Below, piece after piece: positions 36,821-50,041 of a stretch of DNA of 64,000 nt; the first letter of the stretch is position 1, and each line of letters opens with the position of its first letter. The notes below the pieces were generated by a model. It made no database searches, had not been told where the DNA came from, and worked only from the letters and a program-made list of their open reading frames with translations. A program made the position numbers and the translations under genes. The DNA is from Calcarisporiella thermophila CBS 279.70 (Eukaryota > Fungi > Calcarisporiellomycota): the NCBI RefSeq assembly GCF_041956535.1, contig NW_027192196.1, positions 602,759-666,758 of the forward strand. The letters are read 5' to 3'.

Positions 36821-38170
36821 ATGGCCATGGCAGTAAGTTTCTCACATCCATTTTAGCGCAATCAGTCCTCAACTCACTAATTCGATGTTCTTGGCTTTCC
36901 CCCTTATGACTAAAATGCCATCTAGAGTATATTTGGTCTCTCGACGCCGGTCGATGTCGAGATAGGTTTCAAAGACGAAGAGGCGCGCAAAATGGTCGAG
37001 GTTAAAATCGACAAGGATCGTCGGCAGAAAATTCCACTCTTTCTGGACGGAGAGACGGTTGCGGGTCGTGTGACCGTGCGAGTAAGAGATGGAAAGAAGT
37101 TGGAGCACAATGGAATTAAGATTGAATTTGTCGGAACGATTGGTAATAAGTCATTACTTTGGGGGTTAAAGTGAAATTGATTACTTCATGGCCTTTTTTT
37201 TTTTCTCTTTTGATTTTGTCAGAAATGTTCTACGATCGTGGCACACACTATGAGTTCACATCGCTGGTCCAAGAATTAGCTGAGCCGGGCGAAATGCGCC
37301 AGACGACCTCTTATGACTTTGAGTTTAAGAATGTGGAGAAGCAGTATGAAAGCTATTTTGGTATTAATGTCAAGCTCAGGTAATAGCAGCCCGAGGATAC
37401 ATGTCGGCCCCACTCTCTTTAATATATTTCTCCCGAAATTAAAGATATTTTGTGCGAGTGACCATATCTAAACGTCTGTCCGACATTGTAAACGAGCGCG
37501 ACATATGGGTATACAACTACAAGATACCCGCCGATAACAACACCTCGATCAAGATGGAGGTTGGGATCGAGGATTGTCTGCATATCGAGTTCGAATACAA
37601 CAAGTCGAAGTAAGTCCATCCGAATGACCCTGTGTCTTGTCCAGCTCTCGTTCTATTGACCTTCGCTGCGTTAGATACCACCTGAAAGATGTCATTGTTG
37701 GAAAAATTTATTTCCTGCTAGTGCGCATCAAGATCAAGCACATGGAGCTCTCTATTATACGCCGTGAAACTACAGGCTCAGGTTCGATAGCTGTCCATTG
37801 TCTATGTCCATTCTCTGTTAACACTTCTTACTATAGCACCCAATCAGTACAATGAGAGTGAAACGATTACCAAGAGCGAGATAATGGATGGTGCACCGGT
37901 TCGTGGTAAGTGCTCAGATTTTCTGCCTGCCGATACCGTCGATGCTGATTGACTCTCATAAACTTAGGCGAGACGATACCAATTCGCCTCTTCCTTGGCG
38001 GCTATGAGCTGACACCCACTTTCCGTGACGTGAACAAGAAATTCTCCACCCGCTACTACCTTAATCTTGTGCTGGTCGACGAGGAGAATCGGCGTTATTT
38101 CAAGCAGCAGGAAATTACGCTTTTCAGGAGAAAAATCGATGATGGGTTGCCTCCCGAGGGCGATGCTTAA
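36821..38170 (+). CDS. VPS26: Retromer subunit Vps26
   Basis: KKLEHNGIKIEFVG, FKNVEKQYESY, IKMEVGIEDCLHIEFEYNK, RIKIKHMELSIIRRET, YYLNLVLVDEENRRYFKQQEI. Confidence 0.97.
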
Positions 38171-38495
38171 GTGTATTTTACAACTCTACACGCTCTATTT
38201 ATTCCGGTATCTTGCCCTCATCCTTATATATATATATATATGCCTATCTTGTTTTATTTTTTACCATTTTTTATTATTTCCACCTATATATAAAATATGC
38301 TCCTGTTCCTTTCCTCTATAAACGTCACGTCCCTACTATTTCATATCCCTTTAATTCTTGAGTTGGGTGGCTTGTTTAAGATTGATTCCTTGCTCGAATA
38401 AGATCTTAATTTATAGTCTTTTTAGAATCTTGCAAGAATCAAACCGTCATTTCCGCCAACATTCATTATATCCCGCTACTAGATACTTAATAAGA

Positions 38496-39782
38496 ATGGA
38501 ACAACCAGAGAGATCAACGCTATTAGATGAACCAGGTGAAGGATCAAGTTTTCAAACAAGACATTACGCTTACGATCAAAATCCAAATGAGCGTGCACCG
38601 CTCCTCCCAAAACGCCCACGCTCGGAAATTATTGAATCATCCCATAGAGGCAGCGGCTGGACCGTTGGAATCATTGTTTTTCTCCTCCTTACATTCATCG
38701 GCTGCTCTATTCTTGCCCTCTATTTTCTGCCCAATGGTGCACAACGTGTGATGCGCGAAGGCCTTGAGCTTTCATTCACTGGCGCCAACATAGGGGAGGT
38801 GGGCGAACGAGGCTTCCAGGTACGTGTTTCCGGATCGATCGGGCTGAACACTAGTCATGATGGTATTGCGGGATGGAGTCGTGTACTGACCTGGCTTGTG
38901 CCCACCGTTCGGGTTAAATCGTCGGCGCTCGAGGTGCTGGACAATTCAACATTGGTGTTGGGGCATTTTCCTGTGCCTGAGATCAAAGTGGAGATGCAAA
39001 ACGTGACCAATTTCTTTAATGTAAGTTCACCTTTTACTGTGCAGGACGAGAATGCGCTTGCTCTCTTTGTCCAAGAGTTGATCCACCAGAAGGAGGTGGT
39101 GCGTACGGTCCGCGGCCCCCTAACAGCGGACACATGGCTAGCAAGTTTCCGAGAAGTACAGGTAGAGAAAGAAGTGGCGTTTGAAGGTAGGCTTGCCTAC
39201 GGGGACAGGATGAGAGTCGGTTTATGGTTTCTGACTTGGATGCCCATCCTACAAATATAGGCCTCAACGGGCTTCCAAATGTCACCATCGAGGATGTGAA
39301 GTTCACTGGGGAGCACCCCAAAGGCGGCATTGCCATGCAGGCAACGGCTGTCATCTTCAACCAGGACTCCAAGCTAGGCATTTCGGCTGGGCCTGTTGAT
39401 TTCAGCATCCATCTTCCGGATGAAGACGGCATCGTGAAAATAGGCATGCTGCACACCAAGGACTTTCGGTTGGTGGCGGGCCAAGCGAGCCGAATAGACC
39501 TCGAGGGCCGCGTGCTCTCGATAGAGAACCCGGATGACGAGCGGACCTCGCGAGCCGTCAGTAATTTTGTGGCAAGATGGATGCGGGGCTTGGAAAACAT
39601 TGTCGTTGTGAGTACCTTGCCGATTTCATTTTTCATCTCCCTGAGACCGGCAACTGACAGGCTTTCACGTCTACCAGGTTAAAGGAGATCCGCATCCACA
39701 GACGGCTATGCCCCAGTGGCTGCGTGTTGCCCTATCGTCTATATCGCTTGAGGTAACTTTCCCAGGACGGGGAAAATACTAG
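38496..39782 (+). CDS. Type II membrane protein, Tag1/DUF3712 (LEA_2-like repeat) family
   Basis: Cytosolic N-terminus with ERAPLL dileucine-type motif, one TM helix, then beta-rich repeats ending in GLNGL...N.SKLGISAG...WLRVALSSISLEVTFPG. 2 introns. Confidence 0.7.
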
Positions 39783-40335
39783 GCATAGCATCTGTTTGAC
39801 TCTTTTCTGCACATTACTCTCACTATGATGGAATTTCGCACGCCCTCACTGCCATTGGTCTTTCCCCGCCTGTCTATTTTTCCCAAAATTTAATGTTTTT
39901 GAACTACCTCACTTTTCTGGCTCTGTATTATCTCTTTGTGTCAAATAATGAGCATTATGAAATGAAATCTAACGAGCGTGATACAAGAACCAAGATTTGA
40001 TTGTGCTAGAACATCGACACACCCAATGCAATTTTTGAGGATGGACTCCGTGTCTTCGGAATTGTTTCAAGTGCCTTAAGTGTTTCGAAAAACATAGGAT
40101 TTTATAAAAGCTAACTTTCCACCTCCAACTTCCTTTCCTTCATTTTTCCACCCTCCCTACTCTTTGTTTCGCCATCACCAAGCCATTCCCCCCCCGACCT
40201 TCCCACTATATTTCCCCATTCCTTACATCCATTCTCCCGCTCATTCACTCTCCCTCTTTTTCTTTCCGGTGGCTAGAGATTCATTAGTACTATTGTATTA
40301 TTAGCGCCATTTTTTTCATTGCACCCTATAAAACA

Positions 40336-42361
40336 ATGATACAAAGATCACACAGCATAAACAGCTTTCTAGACTCTGGCAAGCAATCTCTGCTCTCAGC
40401 CCTCAGAGAAGTTCGCCGTCGCACATCTAAGCCGGAGGGCACCCATACCATCCGCCGTCGCTCTTTACTTGACCTCCACATGCCGTGCTCACGTGAGACC
40501 CACCGGCACTTCCATACAGCTCAAGCCTACATGTTCGGTCGAGACCAGTATCCCAAAAACGAACAGGTTGCGGTTGAATACTATAAGCAAGCTGCAGATG
40601 CTGGTCATGTGCTGGCTCGAGGAGTCCTTGGATTTTGCTATGAATTTGGGCTTGGCGTAGAGCGAAATTTCAGCCTGGCCGTGGAAGAGTATCTTCGGGC
40701 AAGCGCCCAAGGATGTGGCCTCGCTCGGGTTCGACTAGCCTTCCTAAGACGATACGGCCGCCCCGGAGTTCGCATCGATAGAGTGGAGGCCGACTATCTG
40801 CAGGATTTGGTGCGTCGCCAGGGACGCTCCGCCATTAGCTGGCTTATTGAGGCAGCAGTAGAGGAGTCCCATCCGGTTGCCCAATATGCCCTGGGTGTCT
40901 GCTACCACGATGGGGTCTGTGTCGAGCGAAACGAGAAAGAGGCTTTTCGCTGGTATCAAAGCTCAGCCCAACAGGGCAATCCCCGGGGACAAGGAACTCT
41001 TGGTTATTGCTACGGAGAAGGGTAAGTTTTTTCTATTGAAAAGCAATGATACTTTTTGAGTACTGATTTTGCTTGCTTTCTTTAGTTTCGGTGTGGAAAA
41101 AAACGAAGCTGAAGCAATCAAGTGGTATCGAAAGGCAGCCGAGCAAGGAGAGAGTGTTGCCATGTATAATCTCGGATACTGCTATGAGGAGGGAGTAGGA
41201 GTGGAGCGTGACATCATGCAGGCGGTGAATTGGTACCGCAAGAGTGCCGAGCTTGGAAACGCTTTCGCCCAGAACTCGCTCGGCTACTTGTATGAGGATG
41301 GAATTGGAGTCCCTCGCGATCCCATCGAAGCCGCGAAATGGTATCGTCGCAGTGCAGAGCTCGGATACCCATGGGGCCAATGCAACCTCGGCTATTGCTA
41401 CCAAAACGCCATCGGCGTTGAGAGGGACCCGGAGCAAGGTGTGTACTGGTACCGCCGCGCAGCAATGCAAGGTCACGCACGAGCGCAGCATAATCTTGGC
41501 TTCTGCTACCAAAATGCGATTGGTGTAGAGCGGGACGAGCGGGAGGCGGTGAAGTGGTACCGCCGCTCCGCTGAGCGCGGCAACATCTATGCCTACCATT
41601 CGCTTGGATTCTGCTACCAGAACGGCATCGGCGTTGATAAGGATGAGCGCGAGGCGGTAAGATGCTATCGGTTGTCGGCCAATAATGGCCACTCGCCCGC
41701 CGAGCTCTCCCTGGGTTACTGCTATCGAAACGCGGTCGGCGTCGAGAAAGATGACGTAGAAGCGGTGAAATGGTTTACTCGTGCGGCCATGCAGGGGAAC
41801 GCCCTCGCCCAGAACTCGCTCGGCTACTGCTATGAAGAGGGGATTGGGGCAGAGAAGGACCCAAAGCGAGCAGTCTACTGGTACACAAAGAGCGCCAAGC
41901 AAGGCAATCCATGGGCAGCCTGCAATCTCGGCTACTGTTTTAGCCAGGGCATCGGCGTTGCTCGTGACGACGCTCAGGCCGTTAAATGGTACAATCGAGC
42001 GGCAACCCAAGGACACGCCCGGGCTCAGGACAAGCTTGGCCGACATCTACAGCTGGGGTTGGGTGTGGAGCAGAACTTGGCGCTTGCCTTGCGATACTTT
42101 AAGTTGGCCGCCGAGCAAAACCACCTCCCGGCCCAGTACCATTACGCCAACTGCCTAGAGAAAGGGCTGGGCTGTGCGGTGGATTTGGAGGGAGCCATCT
42201 TCTGGTTCCAGAGAGCAGCGACACGAGGATGCCGCTCTAGCCACGAGCGACTCCGCCGGCTGTTGACACGGGCATGCCTTCAGGATATTTCCTTCGAGGC
42301 CACCCTGGAGGCCTCCGAAGAAAGAGCGATGCTCTATCACCATTGCGCCCCTGCAGCTTAG
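40336..42361 (+). CDS. Sel1-like repeat protein (about 15 SLRs)
   Basis: Tandem 36-aa units AQxxLGYCYxxGxGVxxDxxEAVxWYRxxAxxG. One intron. Confidence 0.93.
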
Positions 42362-42880
42362 ATAAACCAAGCAATCGAATACTTTAGTATTCTTTTCCTT
42401 TTTGAAGTTTTGTCATCTATTTATTTGCAATTACCACTCTTTTCTACAAGATTATCTATTTTGCATTCACTCATTTTATATACTTTTGCTGTACGTCATA
42501 CACACCATACACTATAATAGTTTTCATTAGCATATCACGTTGCTCATTTTTTCTGCTTTTGACCGATCCAATAAATTTACTGTTGATAATGTACACTACT
42601 AGCCGTTCAAATTCATGAGGCTTCCAGAGGTTGCGGGGTATATCCGCACCGTGCACACCTTCCGCCTCCTCCTCCGGCTCCGCTACCTATTGGATCACAT
42701 GGTCCCTAGTGTGTTAGAGAATTTTGTTTATTGTGTCTAGATGGCGGGGTAGATAACATTTCATGAGAAGACAAAATAAAACCATCGCATGTAAATTACT
42801 TGTCAAACTCGCTATTCGAGCTCTTGACATAAATATCGCTATCAGGACGAGGAAAAAAAAAAGAGAACTGTACAAAAAGT

Positions 42881-44615
42881 CTACTTTTGGCCCACACGTG
42901 CCAATGCTTCGCGCATCACCCGTTCCAACGGGCCAACCTCACTCACCACTTGCACCACCTCCACCTCCGGTACCGCAAGTGTGATTTTTCTTGCTCGCTC
43001 TTCGCGCGCTTTCGAAAGCGTCAAGAGGCCTTGCACCTCTAGCATGGACACCACATCCTGCAGCTCCACGGGTGTGAGACTCATCCCTCGCATTCCCACC
43101 CCGGTATCTCCGCCCGAACAAAGCTGGCGATACACAGTCTGCAGCCGCCCAAGGGTCATGTCCGGCTTGCGCTCCTTGCTCATCAGAAGCGCCGCAGCGA
43201 GAGTTAATTTCTGGCGCACATCGAGGGCGCGCATCATCTGCACTATTGGAGAGCCTAGGGCCATGGTCAATACACGGTTCATATGTGCTATGGTAACTCG
43301 GCCCGTAGATGCGGGACTCCGAGATCCGTTCATGTCTCCGAGAGTGCGGCGAGACTCTCCTTCGATCATTTCCAGGGCTTGACGACAAAGTTCAAGAGCT
43401 TTGCGGACATCTCCCGTGGATGCCGCCACTTTTCGAGCACAGAGCTGGATAGCTGCATGTTCAATTAATAACGGAGAGCCATGGTCAGTCTTTTCATCTT
43501 CGTCGTCACGAAGACGCTCTTCTATGATAGATACGATTTCTGACGGGTCATAAGGATTGAAGTTGAGGAGTTGAGGTTCGCCTAGAAAAATGAAAAGGGA
43601 TGAGAAACCTGTCCAAGTGATTATCAGAAGCCAATATTCCATTTCCTTACAATTTTTGGCTCGGAGTCGCGGCAAAAATCGATCCGTCATATCCAGCGCG
43701 TTCGCAATGCCTATTAGTACAAGTCGCGAGTCGGGCATCGATGCCCACTCGAATAGTTTGTAGAGTACGTCCTGATCCTTGGTTAGGAGTTGGTCGATCT
43801 CATCTAGAATAAACACACTACGCGCAATAATACGTCAGCGAGCCGCTCACACAATACCTCATGCTCCCTATACTTATACATACTACATAGAATTGGCCCT
43901 GGTGGATCGCACCAACTTTTCTAAGTCGCCGCAGTCTCCGTCAGTTCCTCGAGCCTCTCGCAAAAGCTTCGAATAGATGGTTTTGGGATCGCTTACAGCC
44001 ATACAATTCAATTTAACAACCTTGACCTTGCGTTTTCTAAAATCATTGCCCATCTCATTTGTGATTTCGAGCAAAAGCGCACTTTTGCCTGAGCCTGGAC
44101 TACCTGAGATATACAGAGCACCAGGTTTATGACCCAGTGCATGTTCTGCGAAGAAACCTCGGACTTTTGCTCGCTCAGTCTCGCGACCCACTAATCTAAG
44201 CGTGTTGGCGGTTGTGCGTAGACGCATCCTTGCGCGCGCATGAGGCGAAAGTTTTGGAGTGGAGATCTGAGTTGGTTTATTTTTCGCGGTTTTGGATGCT
44301 ATCAGTAAAAATCGATGAGCGAAAGGCTCCCCATCTATCTTTGAGCCTATGAAATTTACCCTTGTTTACGCGAAAAGTCTGCTTTAGAGTGTTTTCACTG
44401 AGCTTACAGCCCTTGGAGACCATGGAGCGCGTAATACGTTTTGCTGGTGAAACATTTTCTACATCTTCTGTATCTTCTCTGCACTGGCGTTTCATGACTA
44501 TACACCAGGGAGGAGATCAGATGGGTGTAAGCAAACCATGCATGCAACGGTTTAAATAAGGTTGCTACAAACCAATTTCTTCGCTCTCGACCGAATCGCT
44601 TGCAATACGCTTCAT
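42881..44615 (-). CDS. CDC6: Replication licensing AAA+ ATPase Cdc6/Cdc18
   Basis: LVGRETE, Walker A YISGSPGSGKS, Walker B LDEIDQL, IGIANALDMTDRFLPRL, GDVRKAL, winged helix. CDK-type SP/TP sites in the N-terminus. Confidence 0.96.
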
Positions 44616-44798
44616 GATGGATGAAGGATATGCAATAATAAAAGCAAATATAATAACAAGCTGAAATAAAAAGAAAAAATAGGTATATGACAAAGTGGGT
44701 AGAAAGCTTGTGTTTTTTGCTCAGGGTTAAGAGGAAGAAGAAAGAGGCGGGATGATTTTTTTATTAATCCAAGTAGGAAAGCGCAATTTCAATTTTAA

Positions 44799-44834
44799 AC
44801 GCGAAAACGCGTCGCAATTGGTCCGACGCGTTTG
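44799..44834. promoter_or_regulatory. MCB/SCB (G1/S) elements in the CDC6 promoter
   Basis: ACGCGAAAA at 44799-44807; ACGCGT at 44807-44812 and 44826-44831; about 190-215 bp upstream of the CDC6 ATG. Confidence 0.75.
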
Positions 44835-44872
44835 TGTTTAGGGCAGTTGCGATTTTTACGATCCTTGCCAAT

Positions 44873-47800
44873 TCAAGAGAACATGAACACGTTTTTACCC
44901 GCGCACATTCGACGGGCGCGCTGCGTACCCACCACCCGTTCAAGTCGAAGCATGTCGTATTTTGAAAATAGAGCGCTGCAGGTAAAGCTCTCCTCTGAGG
45001 GGTTGAGGGTGACGAAGTTGACGATTTCTGAATAGAATTGGGGGTGCTCAGGTAGAGCGTAGAACACTACGTGGTGGACCCCTCGGATGTTGTAGCGACG
45101 GAAAAAGTGGAAACGCTCAGTGTAGAGGAGGAAGCTCTTTTGCCCGTGGAAGAATCGGGAACGGGCCCTGGACACGTCTGAATTCGAGCTGTACCTAGAA
45201 AAATTGAAACGATAAGTGTTCGCGAAACGCTTCATCGCTTCCCTGCAAATATTTGCTGATATTTACTCGCAAATTGCGGCATAGGAATAGGCATTATCCT
45301 CGAAATAGTTACGTAACCGCACATAGTCGAAATAAGAAGGAACAAAAATCATTGTGTGTTTTTGAGCAATGGCAGAGTTTCGAAGCGACGGAAGCACCTG
45401 TAGTAAAGGACTATCAGCAATTTGATTCAAGCAAAAGAAAAAGGCACACATAGCAAACCTTTTCGATAAAATGCTTAAACCGAATGTCTGGTTCATCTGC
45501 AATGGATGGGCAATCTATTCTTGTGAATATCTGAAGGATGGATTAGTTATTTTTGAATCAGCCGACAAGAAGGAGTTCGGTTACCTGCTGTAATTGAGGA
45601 ATGACATCGGCAATCGTTCCGGTATATAGTTTTCGTATTTTAAGTTTGCCGGCTACATTCTTGCAGTGCTTATTGAAGAGCGCGTTAATCTCAGGCGCGA
45701 GGTAGTCGGAGAAAATTAGGGTTTGCCGCAGGTACTTGGCCCTATAAACGCAGGTTGACGACTATCTTTCTTGTTGCTAGCAATATTTTGGGTACCCACC
45801 TTCCATCAAGATACCAGCTCTTAACCCTCGAAAAATCACAGCCATGTGCATCTTTCGGGACCAAATTCAATAATTCGAAAATATGCTAGAGTAATATACG
45901 ATGGTTATAGTTTCTATCCTGTAGAATAGATTGAGAATTCGCAGCTGGGAGCTACCTCAACATGATCCCAATTCTGCATGAGGAAACTGTCGCATTGGTC
46001 AAGGATAACCAATTCTATGGAGGATAGGAAATCAAAATCTCTCTTCTTTTCGCTATATGAAAAGTAGGTTTGTAAACACTCGCGAAGACAAGCAGAAGCA
46101 ACCCTACTCACCCCTCAGTGCCAATGATGGTGCGTAGACCGAGCGGTGAAGCAATAATCATGTCTGCAGAATAGAATTCAGAATAAAGCTTCATGGTTTT
46201 TCGGGTGAATTTGACTCCTATCCGGAAATGATCGTCGATATTTCCAGCAAAGTTGGCAATATAGTCCTCTGCAATAGATTCATAAATATAGATGGGGTGT
46301 TACCATCAGGTCTATTTCAGATGGAAAAGAAGCTTAAAATTCACCAGGTTTGTTGGGGTCCATTTTCTCGTCCTCTGGGTCGATTCCATACTCGTTGAAG
46401 AATCGACTTTTTTGTTCTTGTTGTTCACTTCCCGATAGGGCTATTAAGGTTTTCATTAACTCAACAGCAGCGTTACGGAACGGCAGTAGGATGAGAACTT
46501 TGGGCCGTGTGAAACCTTGGTCGCGTACTTCTCTATGAATCAATCAAAATTATGAGTGGGGATAACTACGATGATATGCGCCATCTAATAAGAAAACATA
46601 CTCTATGTCTTTATCTTCAGCTTGAGCACGAGCGATACGCTGGTTGTTTTTTAATACGCGGTCACGTGTTCTACGCAAAAATGATGTTGATATGAAGGAA
46701 AAACAAAGCAATATGAAACGTCACTGGGCCTTACTTGAATATATGATTCACAGCATGAAGTGCATAAATATTTCTAAGTGCAGAAGCCATCTTATGTGTT
46801 CGGTTAGAATAAATAATGTCTCGGTATTGGTTGATATGCTGGAAGAGTTCATTTTGAAGTGGCGTGAAGAAATTAGAGGCAGAGTCTACTTGGAAGCGGT
46901 TATCATATTGTATGAAGTATGAAAAAAAGGCATGCGTGAGTCAACGAGATTACCTTGCACCAGATCTGCATTTGCCTTTTTCCAAGATTCCTGTAAACGC
47001 TTCTTTATCTTTGGTATGCAAATATCGATTGAGCAAAAATAACATACTGGAGAGTAGAGGCAAAGCCATAGTCACCTTCAAAGAGTCCAAGTTTCCCTTC
47101 GCTGGCTTCTCAAAATCACATTCTTCACGGGTATTTGCAATCACCTGTTCAAGCACAGGATGGTTTTCCTTAGCTGACGTTTTCCATTGCTTATCCTCCA
47201 CCATCTGAATTCCTTGGTTCAAAAACTCCATATTCTCATCGCCGAAATGGCGGTAATATTCATCTTCTAGATCTGCTTTTTCGTCGTCATCCTCCTCCTC
47301 CTCGCTCTTTTCGTCATATTCGATCTGTTCCTGCTTTTCCTCTTCCGAGTGATCTGCGATTTGATCCTCATCTTCCTCCCCATCCCCCTCCGGCAACTCA
47401 TCAGATTGTATATCTTCCAGCTCGTCTTCACCGATATCCTCCCCGTTGTATTCTGGTTCTAAGAGAATTGTGAGATTACTGGGAATGCATGTGATGAGCA
47501 GCTTAAATTTACCTTCTATCTCTTCTTCAACCTCTTCTCCCTCCTCCTCATAATCTTCCATTCCTTCCTCTTCCAGTCTTCGCCGCTTATAAAACTCTTT
47601 ATGTTTTGAATTTCGTTGTAGCATGCCCACCAGCTTTGAATAAGCTGACGGCTTTTCATACGGATCTTCCTCGGAGTCACCCTCTTCCTCCTCCTCAATA
47701 TTGGATACTCCCCTCTTGCGCTCTAGGTCTAGTTCAGATTCATCGACTTTTCGTCGGAATTTCTCTACTTTGCTTGAAAGCCCATCCCCATCCTCGTCGT

Positions 47801-47951
47801 CATCCAGGTCACGGGGATTTAGCTCTCCATACTCGTAGAGCATCTCTTTTTGCTTACGGGATAGGCGCCCATATTTGATAACCTCGTCGGAGGACCGCCT
47901 TGTGCTCTTGGAATGCTTCGATTTTGTGCGTGCGCTCTTTGGTTTGGGCAT
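44873..47951 (-). CDS. UTP25: U3 snoRNA-associated protein Utp25 (DEF/DIEXF)
   Basis: Acidic N-terminus; [18 protein letters not shown]; DFDFLSSIE; MQNWDHV; [15 protein letters not shown]; [18 protein letters not shown]. Confidence 0.96.
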
Positions 47952-48853
47952 GTTGAGGGTCAAAATTAGTACTGAGTAGAACTTAATGAAGTTATTGAAG
48001 CAGTCACAAATAAACATTACCGTGACTTCACTAGTAATGGCGCTAGCATTCATGGAATCTCTAGTGAGTATGGGACATAGCCATTATTACAAGCTATTAG
48101 ATATGAATGGTATAAATCCACCGTCGTGAGCTGTTAGAAGAATATTATGAGTGAAAAAGCTTTTCTGTACGAAATACACCATGAAACTTTGAAACATATT
48201 CATTATTTTGGCCTTGATTTTTAGTAATTTGCTTCAGACTAATACCTGAAAAGAGCGATATAGTATGTTTTTCGCTATTCTCAAGGCATCGTTTATAATT
48301 AGATTATTTTGTTTTTCAACAGCACTAATTACGAGTTAGATCTATCGAGCACGCCATTCTATCGTATTAATGAACACTAAGCAGCAACTTTACCTTCTTA
48401 TAGTCTATTCGGCCACGATTACTTATTTATATACTTGTTCGATGATGAATATCGCGGGATTAAAGTACAGTATTCATACATCCAAATGCGCCATTCTTTT
48501 GCTACCAGCAGAAGTCAGTCGATGCTGCTCAGCTGTCTTTTCTTGGTCGCCACTGTATGCTAGTAATATTGATGGCCCACAATACTCTGGGCTCTTTCTC
48601 GTGCTTTCCTTTCAATCAACAAGCATTACTCTCCATCCTATTGAGTTTTTCGGGATCCACTCAAATCTATGTTCGTTTATCTTCGGCAGATACGGGATGT
48701 TGTCTGAGAATAAAGTGCTGTCTGATTTTATTGCATCTCTTTCAAGTATACAGAATAAATCCATCAGGCTAAATACGCAATAGTACTAATTTTATTTTAT
48801 TGAAAAAACTGCTTTTTTAAACAATGAAAAGAGGTCATAAATCGAGCCTTAAT

Positions 48854-49481
48854 TTAGAGCTCGCCGCAGTTTGTAATTTCGATTTTCTTCGAGGTCTTGC
48901 CAGAGCTGCTGCCAAGTTTCTCAATCGCCTTCACGACATCCATGCCTTGGACAACCTCGCCGAAAACGACGTGCTTGCCATCCAACCAGGAAGTCTTGAC
49001 GGTTGTGATGAAGAACTATCAAAATGAAGAGGTTTAGTATGCTTGTAGATAGAACGTTCATTGTGCATATTTTACCTGGCTGCCGTTAGTGTTGGGGCCA
49101 GCGTTTGCCATGGAGAGCAAGCCGGGGCGGTCGTGCTTCTTCACGAAGTTCTCATCCGCAAACTTCTCACCGTAGATGGACTTACCACCAGTGCCATTAC
49201 CTCTGGTGAAGTCACCACCCTGAAGCATAAACTCGGGGATGACACGGTGGAAAACGCTGCCCTTGTAACCAAAACCATTCTGACCAGTGCACAACTCACG
49301 GAAGTTGCGGGCTGGAACACACGAAAAAAAAAAATATCATTTAGTAAATGTAAACAACCCAACAAAAACACGAAAAACTAAGGAAATTACCAGTCTTGGG
49401 CACGACATCATCATAGAGCTTGAAGACAATGCGGCCGAGGGGAGAGCCGTTGGCAGAAACTTCGAAGAAAACTTGGGACAT
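48854..49481 (-). CDS. CPR1: Cyclophilin A peptidyl-prolyl isomerase
   Basis: [36 protein letters not shown]|[14 protein letters not shown]. 2 introns. Confidence 0.97.
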
Positions 49482-50041
49482 GACGAAAATGTTTGTGATT
49501 TTTAAAAAAAGGGAATTGCTTCGAGGGAAAAAAAAATCGAAAAGCCTCTTTTATAGGCCCAACGCGTTTGCAAGAAATTTAAGACAGGGGTGTGAGAAGG
49601 AGCAAGAAGAATTCAACCTAGTCTGGGCCCCATTCCAGTTTGAGCACCTATCCCCGCCTTGGTTTCCTAAATTAATAGGTCAGAAGCAACAAAATAAAGC
49701 TATATTGTTTGCTTGTCGATTTTCCCCCCTCTGTCGTTATCGCCATCGCCAGATGCATCCATATTAATGTGCTTCACCAGCATATTAATGAGAGCGCGCT
49801 TTAGGAGCTTAGGCTTTTTTTTTATCCATATCAGCGGCAGCGCCAATGCGCTTATTCTCATGCGCACCGCCTCTCTACACAACTTAAGAGCAGTCACATA
49901 TAATTGATTTTTTTCACGCGTGTTGTCGAGCAGGACTCGAAAAGCCTATTTTGGTGTTAAGCTCTCCATTTTGCCCCCCCGTTTGGGCCTCCTTGCGCCG
50001 TCACATATCCTATCTTGCCTCCAAAGTGATAGAATTCCGCC

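Noticed and set aside
48370-48783. 137-aa ORF between UTP25 and cyclophilin
   Set aside because: AT-rich with no motif; likely UTR or promoter sequence. I could not support an ncRNA here either.
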